NCBI GenBank assembly: GCA_904420005.1 | Contig: CAJFTT010000042.1 | Location: 13,970-77,969 of the forward strand | Direction: 5' to 3' | Origin: Candidatus Tabaqchalia intestinavium | GTDB lineage: Bacteria; Bacillota; Clostridia; Oscillospirales; CAJFTT01 | DNA length: 64,000 nt | Shown: piece after piece, positions 32,156-41,259 of the stretch | Layout: every line of letters starts with the position of its first letter | Numbering within the stretch: position 1 is the first letter of the stretch | The notes under the pieces: generated by a model | What the model was told of the DNA's origin: nothing | What the model saw: only the letters and a program-made list of their open reading frames with translations | Databases searched by the model: none | Program-made: the position numbers and the translations under genes

Positions 32156-33082
32156 GTGATTGTCTCAGCTTCCCGCCGCACAGATTTGGCCTGTTGCTTT
32201 CCCGAATGGCTTATGCGGCGGTTGCGGGCGGGTACCGTTCTGGTGCGCAATCCATTTCGCCCTTCGCAGATCAGCCGTGTTACGCTGACGCCGGACGTGG
32301 TGGATTGCATTGTCCTATGGACGAAGGATCCCGCGCCGCTTCTCCCATTCCTGCCGGAGCTGGAAAGTATGGGGCATCGGTTTTGTTTTCATTTCACGCT
32401 GACGCCATATGACTCGACGTTGGAACGTGGCCTGCGGGATAAACGGGCCATTGTCGAAACCTTTCAGCTGCTAGGGGGCACCATAGGCCGGCATCGCATG
32501 CATTGGCGGTACGATCCGATTATCGTGAATAATGCGTGGACCATGCGGCGGCATGAGGCAGCGTTCGCCCGGCTGTGCGAGCTTCTCTGGCCGTATGCGG
32601 CGGATGTAACCATCAGTTTTGTCGACCTTTACCCGGGACGAACCACCTCTTTGCAGGCTGTGTCCGCACAGCAAATGGAAGCGCTGTGCAGAAGTATCGG
32701 CCAAATTGCCGGACAATACGGTCTGCCTGTGCGCGCCTGCTGCGAAGCGACGGACTTCACACGCTTCGGTATTCTGCCCGGAAGTTGCCTGAGCCGAGAA
32801 GCGCTGGAGGCAGCGTGCGGATATTCGCTCGCGCTGCGCCCCGATCGAGCGCAGCGCAAAGGCTGCGGTTGTATGCAAAGCGTGGACATCGGCGCATATA
32901 ATACTTGCCGCAACGGCTGTGTTTACTGTTACGCAACGGGCTCCGCTTCGGTCGTCGATCGTCAGAACGCCGCCCATGATCCTGACGGCGAGCTCCTGGT
33001 GGGGCGGCCCGGCCGGAACGATACAATCAAGCAGCGCCCTGCGGTTTCCCTTCGTGCGCCGGCGCCCCTATTTCCTTTCTGA
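32156..33082 (+). CDS. DUF1848 protein (radical-SAM/photoproduct-lyase-like, C-terminal Cys cluster)
   Basis: VIVSASRRTD, VRNPF, WTKDP, WRYDPII, GCGCMQSVDIGAYNTCRNGCVYCYA; GTG 32156 preferred over 32147. Confidence 0.85.
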   Translation: MIVSASRRTDLACCFPEWLMRRLRAGTVLVRNPFRPSQISRVTLTPDVVDCIVLWTKDPAPLLPFLPELESMGHRFCFHFTLTPYDSTLERGLRDKRAIVETFQLLGGTIGRHRMHWRYDPIIVNNAWTMRRHEAAFARLCELLWPYAADVTISFVDLYPGRTTSLQAVSAQQMEALCRSIGQIAGQYGLPVRACCEATDFTRFGILPGSCLSREALEAACGYSLALRPDRAQRKGCGCMQSVDIGAYNTCRNGCVYCYATGSASVVDRQNAAHDPDGELLVGRPGRNDTIKQRPAVSLRAPAPLFPF

Positions 33083-33223
33083 GGTTTTCTATATCTCTAT
33101 AGAAACAATCTGAACCGCAATCTTCCGTCGGCCATCATGCCGGCGTTAGAATAACAACCAAAATAACGCAATTGATCGAATACCATCAATATTCGATCGG
33201 GAAGTTAAAGGAGGAAGATACCC

Positions 33224-33955
33224 ATGCTGAAATTGGAACACCTTGCATGGAATTTGCCGGACGGCGGAGAAATCATCCGGGACATCGACCTGACGCTGCA
33301 AAGCGGGAAGCTGGTCGTGGTCACGGGACCGAACGGCGGAGGAAAAACAACGCTTGCCAAGCTGATCGCCGGAATCGAGACGCCTTCGTCCGGCCGGATT
33401 TTGCTCGAAGGACAGGATATCACGCAGATGGATCTGACGCAGCGCGCCCGTCTGGGCGTTGCTTATGCGTTCCAGCAGCCGGTACGGTTCAAGGGACTGA
33501 CGGTGCGCGATCTGCTTGAGCTCGCCGCCGGCGAAGCGCTGTCGGAACCCGCGCTGTGCGCGTTGCTGACACGTGTGGGGCTGTGTGCGGAGGAATATAT
33601 CAACCGCGAGATGAGCGCGGCATTGTCCGGAGGCGAAATCAAGCGAATTGAGATCGCCACCGTGCTTGCGCGCAAAGCAAAGCTTTCGATTTTCGACGAG
33701 CCGGAAGCCGGCATCGATTTGTGGAGCTTTGCCCGCTTGGTCGAGACGTTTGAAGAGCTGCGCAGTCAACGGTCCGGCCTGCTGCTGATCATTTCGCATC
33801 AGGAGCGGATCCTGTCCATCGCGGATGAAATCGTCGTCATCACCAATGGCCGCGTGAGCGCGGCCGGCAGCCGGGAAGAAATCCTGCCCTCCCTTCTTGC
33901 CGAAGAGAAGACGGATTACTGCCCGCGCGGGAAGGAGGTTTTCTGCAATGAATAA
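33224..33955 (+). CDS. sufC: SufC-like ABC ATPase
   Basis: GPNGGGKTT, AFQQPVRFKG, LSGGEIKRIEIA, FDEPEAGIDL, ISHQ; overlaps the SufB-like gene. Confidence 0.82.
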   Translation: MLKLEHLAWNLPDGGEIIRDIDLTLQSGKLVVVTGPNGGGKTTLAKLIAGIETPSSGRILLEGQDITQMDLTQRARLGVAYAFQQPVRFKGLTVRDLLELAAGEALSEPALCALLTRVGLCAEEYINREMSAALSGGEIKRIEIATVLARKAKLSIFDEPEAGIDLWSFARLVETFEELRSQRSGLLLIISHQERILSIADEIVVITNGRVSAAGSREEILPSLLAEEKTDYCPRGKEVFCNE

Positions 33956-34865
33956 GATTACAGATGAGCTGCTGCGGTTGGTTTCTGATTTCAAAGGCAG
34001 CTTCAAAGGTGCATTCAATATTCGTGAAGACGGCCAGTGCGCCGGCCGGCAATCCACCAAGAACATCCGAATTGAGTCCAAAACGGACGCGCCGGGTCTT
34101 GTCATCCGCATTCAGCCTGGTACCAAAGGGGAGAGTGTCTACATTCCCGCCTGCGTAACGCACGGAGATCTGGACGATCTGGTTTATAATGATTTCTATG
34201 TCGGGCAGGACGCGGACGTCGTTATTGTAGCGGGCTGCGGCGTGCATACGGACGACGATGCGGAGGCGCGGCACAACGGGATCCATCGCTTCTTTCTGGA
34301 ACCGGGTGCGCATGTTGTCTATAAAGAAAAGCACATTGGCACCGGCAGCGGCAACGGAACCAAACGGATCGATCCCGTGACGGACGCCGTTTTGTCGGAG
34401 AATTCCTATCTGGAAATGGACACTGTACAGATCCGCGGTGTTGATTCGACTTTCCGCCGTACCACGGCGAAGCTCGCGGCCGGAGCGCGTTTGCTGGTTC
34501 GGGAGCGCATCATGACCGATGGGGATGAAATTGCAAAGACCGATTTCGAGGTCACGCTGGAAGGCGAAGGCAGCGGCGTGGATTTGATTTCGCGTTCCGT
34601 CGCCCAGGGAAATTCCTTCCAGGAGTTTCGTTCCAGCATCAAAGGTCAGAACCGCTGCACAGGCCACTCGGAGTGCGACGCCATTCTGGTGGATCACGGA
34701 ACCGTTAACGCCATCCCGGCGTTGGAGGCTTCGCACGTTGATGCAGAGCTTATTCATGAAGCTGCCATCGGGAAAATTGCTGGAGAGCAGATCATGAAAC
34801 TGCGCACGCTCGGTCTCACAGAAGAGGAGGCAGAGGAAAAAATCATTTCCGGTTTCCTCAAATGA
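33948..34865 (+). CDS. SufB/SufD-family Fe-S assembly scaffold (short, ~305 aa)
   Basis: Beta-helix-like sequence; GHSECDAIL, AIPALEA, AELIHEAAIGKIAGEQIMKLRTLGLTEEEA. Confidence 0.85.
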   Translation: MNKITDELLRLVSDFKGSFKGAFNIREDGQCAGRQSTKNIRIESKTDAPGLVIRIQPGTKGESVYIPACVTHGDLDDLVYNDFYVGQDADVVIVAGCGVHTDDDAEARHNGIHRFFLEPGAHVVYKEKHIGTGSGNGTKRIDPVTDAVLSENSYLEMDTVQIRGVDSTFRRTTAKLAAGARLLVRERIMTDGDEIAKTDFEVTLEGEGSGVDLISRSVAQGNSFQEFRSSIKGQNRCTGHSECDAILVDHGTVNAIPALEASHVDAELIHEAAIGKIAGEQIMKLRTLGLTEEEAEEKIISGFLK

Positions 34866-35269
34866 GGTCGTCCTGGCGGATACGCGCCGTGTGCCGCACG
34901 GTTTGTTAGTGCTGCATGGTCATATACAGGTCATGCGGAACGGTTACCTTCGTCAGACAACGGGGGATGTGCCCGGCGGCTGGGATGCGCACGGGCAGCG
35001 TTGATGCCTTTGGGCGGACGTCAGTTCGCTATTCTGCTGCAGCCTTGCCCGTGCCCGTTCCACCGGGTCTATGGAGTTTTCGGGGAGAAAAGCGGGGCGG
35101 TAAGGTTGACGAGGCAGCCGTGTTAGCGCTTGTGGGGGAGAAAAACATAGCCGGCCGTCTATTTTGCCTCGAAATGTCCACTAAGGACACCCCAATTTTA
35201 TATTCAGATATTCATGGCGCCAGCTTTGGTTCTTGTTGTTCACCGGCGGAATAAAAATGCCGCCAGGGC

Positions 35270-35298
35270 TTGACAAAGCTGCATTGGCGTGCTATGAT
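35270..35298 (+). promoter_or_regulatory. SigA promoter of infC-rpmI-rplT
   Basis: TTGACA-17 bp-TATGAT with extended -10 TG. Confidence 0.85.
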
Positions 35299-35307
35299 AA
35301 ACAAAAC

Positions 35308-35418
35308 AAAGCAGAATGGGAACCGTTCTCACCCCGCTGTTTTATCTCGACGGGGTAAATACCTTACAGATTTGGGTATGATTGCGGGCGCATTTTGTCG
35401 TCCGCATTTTTCTTTTTC
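35308..35418 (+). ncRNA. Ribosomal protein L20 leader (autoregulatory attenuator)
   Basis: AAGCAGAA...CCGTTCTCACC 5' motif and terminator TGCGGGCG/CGTCCGCA + T tract upstream of infC, as known for Firmicutes. Confidence 0.75.
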
Positions 35419-35451
35419 GCTTTGTTGAATATTTTACTGGAGGTGCTGGAT

Positions 35452-35970
35452 ATCAAAGACAGGGAGCTTTTCATCAACGAGGAAATCAGGCACAGAGAAG
35501 TTCGCGTCATCGGGGAGGACGGCGCGCAGCTGGGCATTATGAAAACGTCCGACGCGCTCGCGCTTGCGTATGACAAGAATCTGGATCTTGTGGAGATTGC
35601 CCCGCAGGCGGCTCCGCCGGTCTGCCGGATCATGGATTACGGCAAGTATCGCTTCGAGCAGTCGAAGAAGGAGAAAGAAGCCAGAAAGAACCAGCGCATT
35701 GTTGAGATCAAAGAAGTGCGCATGTCGGTCAACATTGACACCAACGACCTGAACACCAAAATCAACAATGCACTCCGCTTCCTCAAAAACGGCGACAAAG
35801 TAAAGGTGTCGGTCCGGTTCCGTGGGCGTGAAATGGCGCATCAGAACCTGGGCCAGACGTTGCTGCTCAATTTTGCCGCCCAGTGTGAGGAATTTGGTTC
35901 TATGGATAAGCCGCCCAAGATGGAGGGACGCACCATGTCTCTGTTCCTGCTGCCGAAAGCGGCGAAATGA
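35452..35970 (+). CDS. infC: Translation initiation factor IF-3 (non-canonical ATC start)
   Basis: INEEIR..EVRVI, LDLVEIAP...PPVCRIMDYGKY, KVKVSVRFRGRE; RBS GGAGGTG 6 nt before ATC 35452. Confidence 0.95.
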   Translation: MKDRELFINEEIRHREVRVIGEDGAQLGIMKTSDALALAYDKNLDLVEIAPQAAPPVCRIMDYGKYRFEQSKKEKEARKNQRIVEIKEVRMSVNIDTNDLNTKINNALRFLKNGDKVKVSVRFRGREMAHQNLGQTLLLNFAAQCEEFGSMDKPPKMEGRTMSLFLLPKAAK

Positions 35971-36014
35971 CACAGAGGTTACCACAGCATTAATTTTGGA
36001 AGGAGAAAATGACT

Positions 36015-36212
36015 ATGCCTAAGATCAAAACCCACAGCGGCGCGTCGAAGAGATTCAAGCTGACCAAGAACGGAAAGGTCAAGCATGCACACGCGTACAA
36101 GTCCCATATTCTCAACAAGAAGAGCACCAAGCGCAAGAGAGGGCTTCGCAAGGCCGGCTATGCGGACATGACGAACGTTGCGGCGATCAGAAAGCAATTA
36201 CCGTATTCTTAA
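36015..36212 (+). CDS. rpmI: 50S ribosomal protein L35
   Basis: [17 protein letters not shown]...[12 protein letters not shown]. Confidence 0.97.
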   Translation: MPKIKTHSGASKRFKLTKNGKVKHAHAYKSHILNKKSTKRKRGLRKAGYADMTNVAAIRKQLPYS

Positions 36213-36243
36213 TTTTGACATTTACGCATAGGAGGAAAATAAA

Positions 36244-36597
36244 ATGGCTAGAGTCAAGGGCGCGATGATGACGCGCAAAAGAAGAAATAAAATCCTCAAG
36301 CTCTCCAAGGGCTATTTTGGCGGCAAGAGCAAGCTGTTCCGTACCGCGAACGAAGCGGTCATGAAGTCCCTGATGTACGCATACATCGGACGCAAGCAGA
36401 AAAAGCGCAATTTCCGCCGGCTGTGGATCACCCGTATTTCTGCGGCGTGCAAGCTCAACGGCACGAACTATTCCACCTTCATGAACGGCCTGAAGAAAGC
36501 GGGCATTACGCTCAACCGCAAGATGCTCTCCGAGATGGCGATTCATGATGCGGCGGGCTTCTCCAAGCTGGTTGAGACGGCTTTGGCGGCGAAATAA
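36244..36597 (+). CDS. rplT: 50S ribosomal protein L20
   Basis: MARVKGA...KGYFG...[16 protein letters not shown]...[10 protein letters not shown]. Confidence 0.97.
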   Translation: MARVKGAMMTRKRRNKILKLSKGYFGGKSKLFRTANEAVMKSLMYAYIGRKQKKRNFRRLWITRISAACKLNGTNYSTFMNGLKKAGITLNRKMLSEMAIHDAAGFSKLVETALAAK

Positions 36598-36603
36598 GAA
36601 CCG

Positions 36604-36636
36604 GTACCCGAGCTTCGACTCGGGTATTGTTCGTTT
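36604..36636 (+). terminator. Terminator after rplT
   Basis: GTACCCGAG-CTTCGA-CTCGGGTAT followed by a T-rich run. Confidence 0.65.
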
Positions 36637-36698
36637 GTATGGAAATTTTTCTGCTGCCCGTATAATCCGGCGGGCAGCGGGCGGAGGTGGCGGCAGAT

Positions 36699-37487
36699 AT
36701 GCCCTTGATGCGGATCGAGAGCCGGGAGAATCCGAAGGTGCGCCGTGTGGCGAAGCTGCTGGCTGACCGCGCCGCCCGGCGCGCGGAAGCGGTGTTTGTG
36801 GCGGAGAATCCCGGCCCAGTGCTGGAGGCGTTGGATGCTGGCATCGTGCCGGAGAGCGTCTTTTTCGACGAGACGGCGCTGGAGACGAACGCTGCGCTGG
36901 CAGCCCGGTGCGAGGCCTCGGGCACGGCTGTGTTTTGCCTGCCGCATACGTTGGCACGCCGCGTGTCTGCGCTGGAAACGCCGCAGGGGGTTTCGGCGAT
37001 TATCCCGATCGTGCAGCTGCCCCGCTGCGTATTGCAGCCCGGCGGACGGTACGTCGTGCTGGAGCGTGTGGCAGATCCAGGAAACGTGGGAACGATCATC
37101 CGCACGGCGGACGCGTTCGGCTTTGACGGCGTGCTGCTGTCGCAGGGCTGCGCCGACGCCTTCTCACCCAAAACATTGCGTTCCACGATGGGCAGCATTT
37201 TCCGCACGCCGCTCATGACGGGGATTTCGGTACAGCAGGTGATCGCAGACTGTGCGCGGCACGGCATCGTAACAGCCGCGGCTGTGTTGGATGACGCAGC
37301 CGTGCCGGCAGAGCAGCTGGACGCGTCGCAGGGAATCGCCGTGTTCATTGGCAACGAGGCCGCTGGATTGACCAAAGAGACGGCAGAGAAAACAACACAG
37401 AGAGTATATTTGCAAATGACGGGAGGCGCGCAGTCCCTGAACGCGGCGGTGGCCGCGTCGATTTTGATGTGGATTTTGCGCCGGTGA
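36699..37487 (+). CDS. TrmH/SpoU-family RNA 2'-O-methyltransferase
   Basis: IESRENPKV, TPQGV, DPGNVGTIIRTA, RSTMGS, IGNEAAG, SLNAAVAASI. Confidence 0.92.
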   Translation: MPLMRIESRENPKVRRVAKLLADRAARRAEAVFVAENPGPVLEALDAGIVPESVFFDETALETNAALAARCEASGTAVFCLPHTLARRVSALETPQGVSAIIPIVQLPRCVLQPGGRYVVLERVADPGNVGTIIRTADAFGFDGVLLSQGCADAFSPKTLRSTMGSIFRTPLMTGISVQQVIADCARHGIVTAAAVLDDAAVPAEQLDASQGIAVFIGNEAAGLTKETAEKTTQRVYLQMTGGAQSLNAAVAASILMWILRR

Positions 37488-37505
37488 GAGTATCGGGGTG
37501 AAACA

Positions 37506-38732
37506 GTGGAAAAATGGATATGGCTGGCGGAAAAATTCACGACCGGCTGTGTGAAAACGGACGAACTGCTCGACCGCTTCGGCTCTGCGGAAGGCGTCTA
37601 TGAAGCGACCGAACAGGAATATCGCGAGACTTATTTTCTCAGCCGCAATGATATCGTCAAATTGACGGATAAATCTTTGTCCGCTGCGTATACAATTATG
37701 GAAGCCTGCCGCCGAAAAGGCTATCGCATCCTGACCCTGGACAGCGAGGAATATCCGGAAAAGCTGCGCAACATTCCGCAGCGCCCGCTGGTTTTATATG
37801 TAGAAGGGCAATTGCCGGATGTGGATCGGACGCCGTCGTTTTCCATTGTTGGTACGCGGAAGGCCACGGCTTATGGCGCCAAAGTTGCGTCCGTCATGGC
37901 GATGGGCATCGCGCAGGCGGGCGGCATCGTCACGAGCGGCATGGCGGTGGGCATCGATTCCTTCGCCCACAAAGGGGCGCTGCGAGGCGGCGGGAAAACG
38001 ATCGCCGTGCTGGGCAGTGGCCTGGATGTGGTGTATCCCGCGAGCAATGCCGGGCTCAAAAAGCAGATCGCGGAACGGGGCTGCGTGATCTCGGAATTTT
38101 CCCCTGGAACCAAGCCGAGCAAAATCAGTTTTCCTATCCGCAACCGCATCATTGCCGGCCTGTCAGAGGCCACCATCGTGGTGGAAGCCGGCGTGCGCAG
38201 CGGTTCGCTGATTACAGCGAACCTGGCGGCGGAGCAGGGGCGTGCGGTCTATGCCGTGCCGGGTAACATCGATTCCAGCGAAAGCGCCGGGCCCAACCGG
38301 CTGATCCTCGACGGCGCGCGCCCGCTTGTGACGGTACGGCAGCTCATCGGAGAATATGTCGGACTGTATCCGCATGCGCTCGATCCTGCCCGACTGCAGA
38401 ACACACGCCTGTTGGAGGAAGCAAAGCGGTCGGAGGAAGTGCTGCTGGAAGAAGTTAAGCGGCACCAACGCCGCGGCGGGAAGGAACCCGCTGTGCAGAT
38501 GGCGCTGGACCTGGGGAAAGCATCCGCGCCGGAGCATGCGGCTTCGCAGCCGGAGATCCCGCCGCAATATCAGGAGATTTATTCCCTGCTGGCACAGTCG
38601 CCGTGCCGGATGGAAGATCTGGTCGAGAAAACCGGGCGCCCGGTTTACCGCATCGCGGCGGAATTGACAGCGATGGAGGTCAAGGGAATGATTGAAATTT
38701 TGCCGACGGGCTGTTATACTGTTAAGAACTAA
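37506..38732 (+). CDS. dprA: DNA processing protein DprA
   Basis: YPEKLRNI, SIVGTRKAT.YG, SGMAVGID, FPIRNRIIAGLS, VVEAG..SGSLITA, C-terminal winged helix. Confidence 0.95.
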   Translation: MEKWIWLAEKFTTGCVKTDELLDRFGSAEGVYEATEQEYRETYFLSRNDIVKLTDKSLSAAYTIMEACRRKGYRILTLDSEEYPEKLRNIPQRPLVLYVEGQLPDVDRTPSFSIVGTRKATAYGAKVASVMAMGIAQAGGIVTSGMAVGIDSFAHKGALRGGGKTIAVLGSGLDVVYPASNAGLKKQIAERGCVISEFSPGTKPSKISFPIRNRIIAGLSEATIVVEAGVRSGSLITANLAAEQGRAVYAVPGNIDSSESAGPNRLILDGARPLVTVRQLIGEYVGLYPHALDPARLQNTRLLEEAKRSEEVLLEEVKRHQRRGGKEPAVQMALDLGKASAPEHAASQPEIPPQYQEIYSLLAQSPCRMEDLVEKTGRPVYRIAAELTAMEVKGMIEILPTGCYTVKN

Positions 38733-38755
38733 AAGAGAAGCAGAGGTGCAAGCGA

Positions 38756-41011
38756 ATGTCCAAACTGGTCATTGTGGAGTCGCCCTCCAAGGCGAAAAAT
38801 ATCGGCAAATATTTGGGAAAGAACTATCATGTCGTGGCCTGCATGGGGCATGTGCGCGACTTGCCCAAAAGCCAGCTCGGGGTGGATGTGGAGCATGGTT
38901 TTGCCCCCAAATATATTTCCATCCGTGGCAAAGCGGAGCTCATCAACGGACTGAAAAAGCAGGCAAAAGCCAGCGATAAGGTCCTTCTTGCCGCTGACCC
39001 TGATCGCGAGGGGGAGGCGATTTCCTGGCATCTGGCGCATGTGCTTGGCCTGAAGGAGGACGATCTCAACCGCGTCACATTCAATGAGATCACCAAGACG
39101 GCGGTCAAAGAGGGGATCAAGCATCCGCGCAAGATCGATCTCAATCTGGTCAATGCCCAGCAGGCGCGCCGGATTCTCGACCGGCTTGTGGGATATAAGC
39201 TCAGTCCGTTTCTGTGGAAAAAGGTGCGGCCTGGGCTGTCTGCCGGTCGTGTGCAGTCGGTTGCGGTGCGTATCATCGTGGACCGAGAGAATGAAATTCT
39301 GCGTTTTGTGCCGGAAGAATACTGGACCATTGACGCGCAGCTCGAGACGGAGAAAAAGGAGCGCTTCACCGCGCGGTTTTACGGCGACAAAAACGGCAAG
39401 ATGGAACTGAAGGACAAAGAATCCACGGATCGCGTGCTGTCCGGACTGGAAGGCGTGCAGTATCTCGTCGGCAAAGTCAAAAAAGGAACCAAAACGCGCA
39501 ATCCGGCGCCGCCATTTACCACCTCCACCCTGCAGCAGGAGGCATCCCGCAAGCTCAATTTCCAGTCGAAGAAAACCATGGCGACGGCGCAGGCGCTCTA
39601 TGAAGGTATGGAGATCAAAGGTTATGGCGCGATCGGTCTGATTACCTATATGCGTACCGACTCGCTGCGGATCTCTGCGGAAGCGGCGGCGGAAGCGCGC
39701 AGCTATATCGGCGAGAAATACGGGGAAGCGTATGTTCCGGAAAGTGTGCGTGCCTTCAAGTCCCGCGCCAGCGCGCAGGATGCGCATGAAGCCATTCGCC
39801 CGACGGTGCCGTCGCTGACGCCCGCAATGGCGAAACCCGATCTCACCAACGATCAGTATAAACTGTATAAGCTCATTTGGGAGCGGTTCATCGCTTGTCA
39901 GATGAAGGCCGCTGTCTATGATACGACGCAGGCGGACATTCTGGCGGGGGAATATGTGTTCAAAGCAAGCGGCAGCAGTGTGAAGTTCCCTGGCTTTACG
40001 GTTCTGTACGAGGAGGGCCGGGATGAAAAAGTTGAAGAGGAGAAAACGCTGCCGCCGCTGCGGGAGCAAGATGCGCTGACGCTGCTCAAACTCGGCGGAG
40101 AGCAGCATTTCACACAACCGCCCGCGCGGTATACGGAAGCGACGCTTATCAAAGCGCTCGAAGAGAACGGAATTGGTCGTCCGTCCACCTATGCGCCGAC
40201 CATCTCCACGATTTTGCAGCGCGGCTATGTGAACAGGGAAGGAAAAGCCCTTTACCCAACGCCGCTCGGCATTGCCACCAATCAACTGATGTGCGAGCAT
40301 TTCAAGGACATTGTGGATGTGAATTTCACCGCCAACATGGAGCATAATCTGGACGAGGTCGCAGCCGGCGAGCTCGGCTGGGTGGATTCGCTCGACAGCT
40401 TCTACCGGGTGTTTTCCAATACGTTGAGCGAGGCAGAAAAGACCATGGGCGACACCAAAGTGCAGGTCGAGGACGAAGTGACGGACATCGTTTGTGAGAA
40501 ATGCGGGCGCAACATGGTGATCAAACAGGGGCGCTACGGCAAGTTTCTGGCCTGTCCCGGCTATCCCGAATGCAAGAACACTAGGCAGCTGGGAGAAAAA
40601 ACGCCGCCCGAGATTTCCGATGTCAAATGCGAACTGTGCGGCCGTCCCATGGCCATCAAGCAGGGGCGCTACGGCAAATTTCTGGCCTGCACCGGCTATC
40701 CGGAATGCAAAAATACCAAACAGATTAATAAGGAGACGGCCGGTGTCTGCCCCAAATGCGGCGCCAAACTTGCCCAGCGGTATACCAAGCGGGGCAAGGC
40801 ATTTTATGGCTGCACGAAATACCCGGAATGCGATTTTGTCAGCTGGGATGAGCCGACAGAGGAGAAATGCCCGCAGTGCGGCAGCACGCTTTTCAAAAAG
40901 CGTGTCAGCGGCGGATTCAAACTGAATTGCCATAAAGAGGGCTGCGGTTATACCCGCACGGAAAAAGATGAGGCGCCGCACACGACTGATACCCCGGAAG
41001 CTAAGGAATAA
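38756..41011 (+). CDS. topA: DNA topoisomerase I with four C-terminal Zn ribbons
   Basis: LVIVESPSKAK, DPDREGEAI, SAGRVQS, ITYMRTDS, QDAHEAIRPT, GIGRPSTYA. Confidence 0.97.
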   Translation: MSKLVIVESPSKAKNIGKYLGKNYHVVACMGHVRDLPKSQLGVDVEHGFAPKYISIRGKAELINGLKKQAKASDKVLLAADPDREGEAISWHLAHVLGLKEDDLNRVTFNEITKTAVKEGIKHPRKIDLNLVNAQQARRILDRLVGYKLSPFLWKKVRPGLSAGRVQSVAVRIIVDRENEILRFVPEEYWTIDAQLETEKKERFTARFYGDKNGKMELKDKESTDRVLSGLEGVQYLVGKVKKGTKTRNPAPPFTTSTLQQEASRKLNFQSKKTMATAQALYEGMEIKGYGAIGLITYMRTDSLRISAEAAAEARSYIGEKYGEAYVPESVRAFKSRASAQDAHEAIRPTVPSLTPAMAKPDLTNDQYKLYKLIWERFIACQMKAAVYDTTQADILAGEYVFKASGSSVKFPGFTVLYEEGRDEKVEEEKTLPPLREQDALTLLKLGGEQHFTQPPARYTEATLIKALEENGIGRPSTYAPTISTILQRGYVNREGKALYPTPLGIATNQLMCEHFKDIVDVNFTANMEHNLDEVAAGELGWVDSLDSFYRVFSNTLSEAEKTMGDTKVQVEDEVTDIVCEKCGRNMVIKQGRYGKFLACPGYPECKNTRQLGEKTPPEISDVKCELCGRPMAIKQGRYGKFLACTGYPECKNTKQINKETAGVCPKCGAKLAQRYTKRGKAFYGCTKYPECDFVSWDEPTEEKCPQCGSTLFKKRVSGGFKLNCHKEGCGYTRTEKDEAPHTTDTPEAKE
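40493..40717 (+). repeat. Tandem 135-nt duplication of a TopA Zn-ribbon coding unit
   Basis: CEKCGRNMVIKQGRYGKFLACPGYPECKNT and CELCGRPMAIKQGRYGKFLACTGYPECKNT start at 40493 and 40628; the nucleotide sequences are near-identical. Confidence 0.85.
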
Positions 41012-41259
41012 TTGTGGCTGCGCGCAGGAGCAGCCAGGGATCAATCAGCATGAGATACGGGCGGCGGGGCAGCGCATGCAGACGCGCCCGTCCCGGCACC
41101 GCCGGTAAAACGGCCGCCGGGGCGTAAGCCGTTTCCGCATGACAAGAGGGCCCGGGGCGCGCGACGTGCAAATTCGGGGACGTGCAAGGACATATAGGCG
41201 GACAATGGGCACCCTGAGGGGGCGGCGCGGCAATCGTTCGACTGAAAACAGGAGGAACT

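Noticed and set aside
34916-35254. 112-aa ORF between the SufB-like gene and the infC promoter
   Set aside because: No RBS, atypical composition, no motifs; likely non-coding.
41012-41259. GC-rich hairpins in the topA-trmFO spacer (and similar ones at 6682-6810 and 51679-51772) as a REP/MITE family or CRISPR
   Set aside because: No shared sequence between copies, no terminal repeats or target-site duplications and no regular repeat-spacer periodicity seen.
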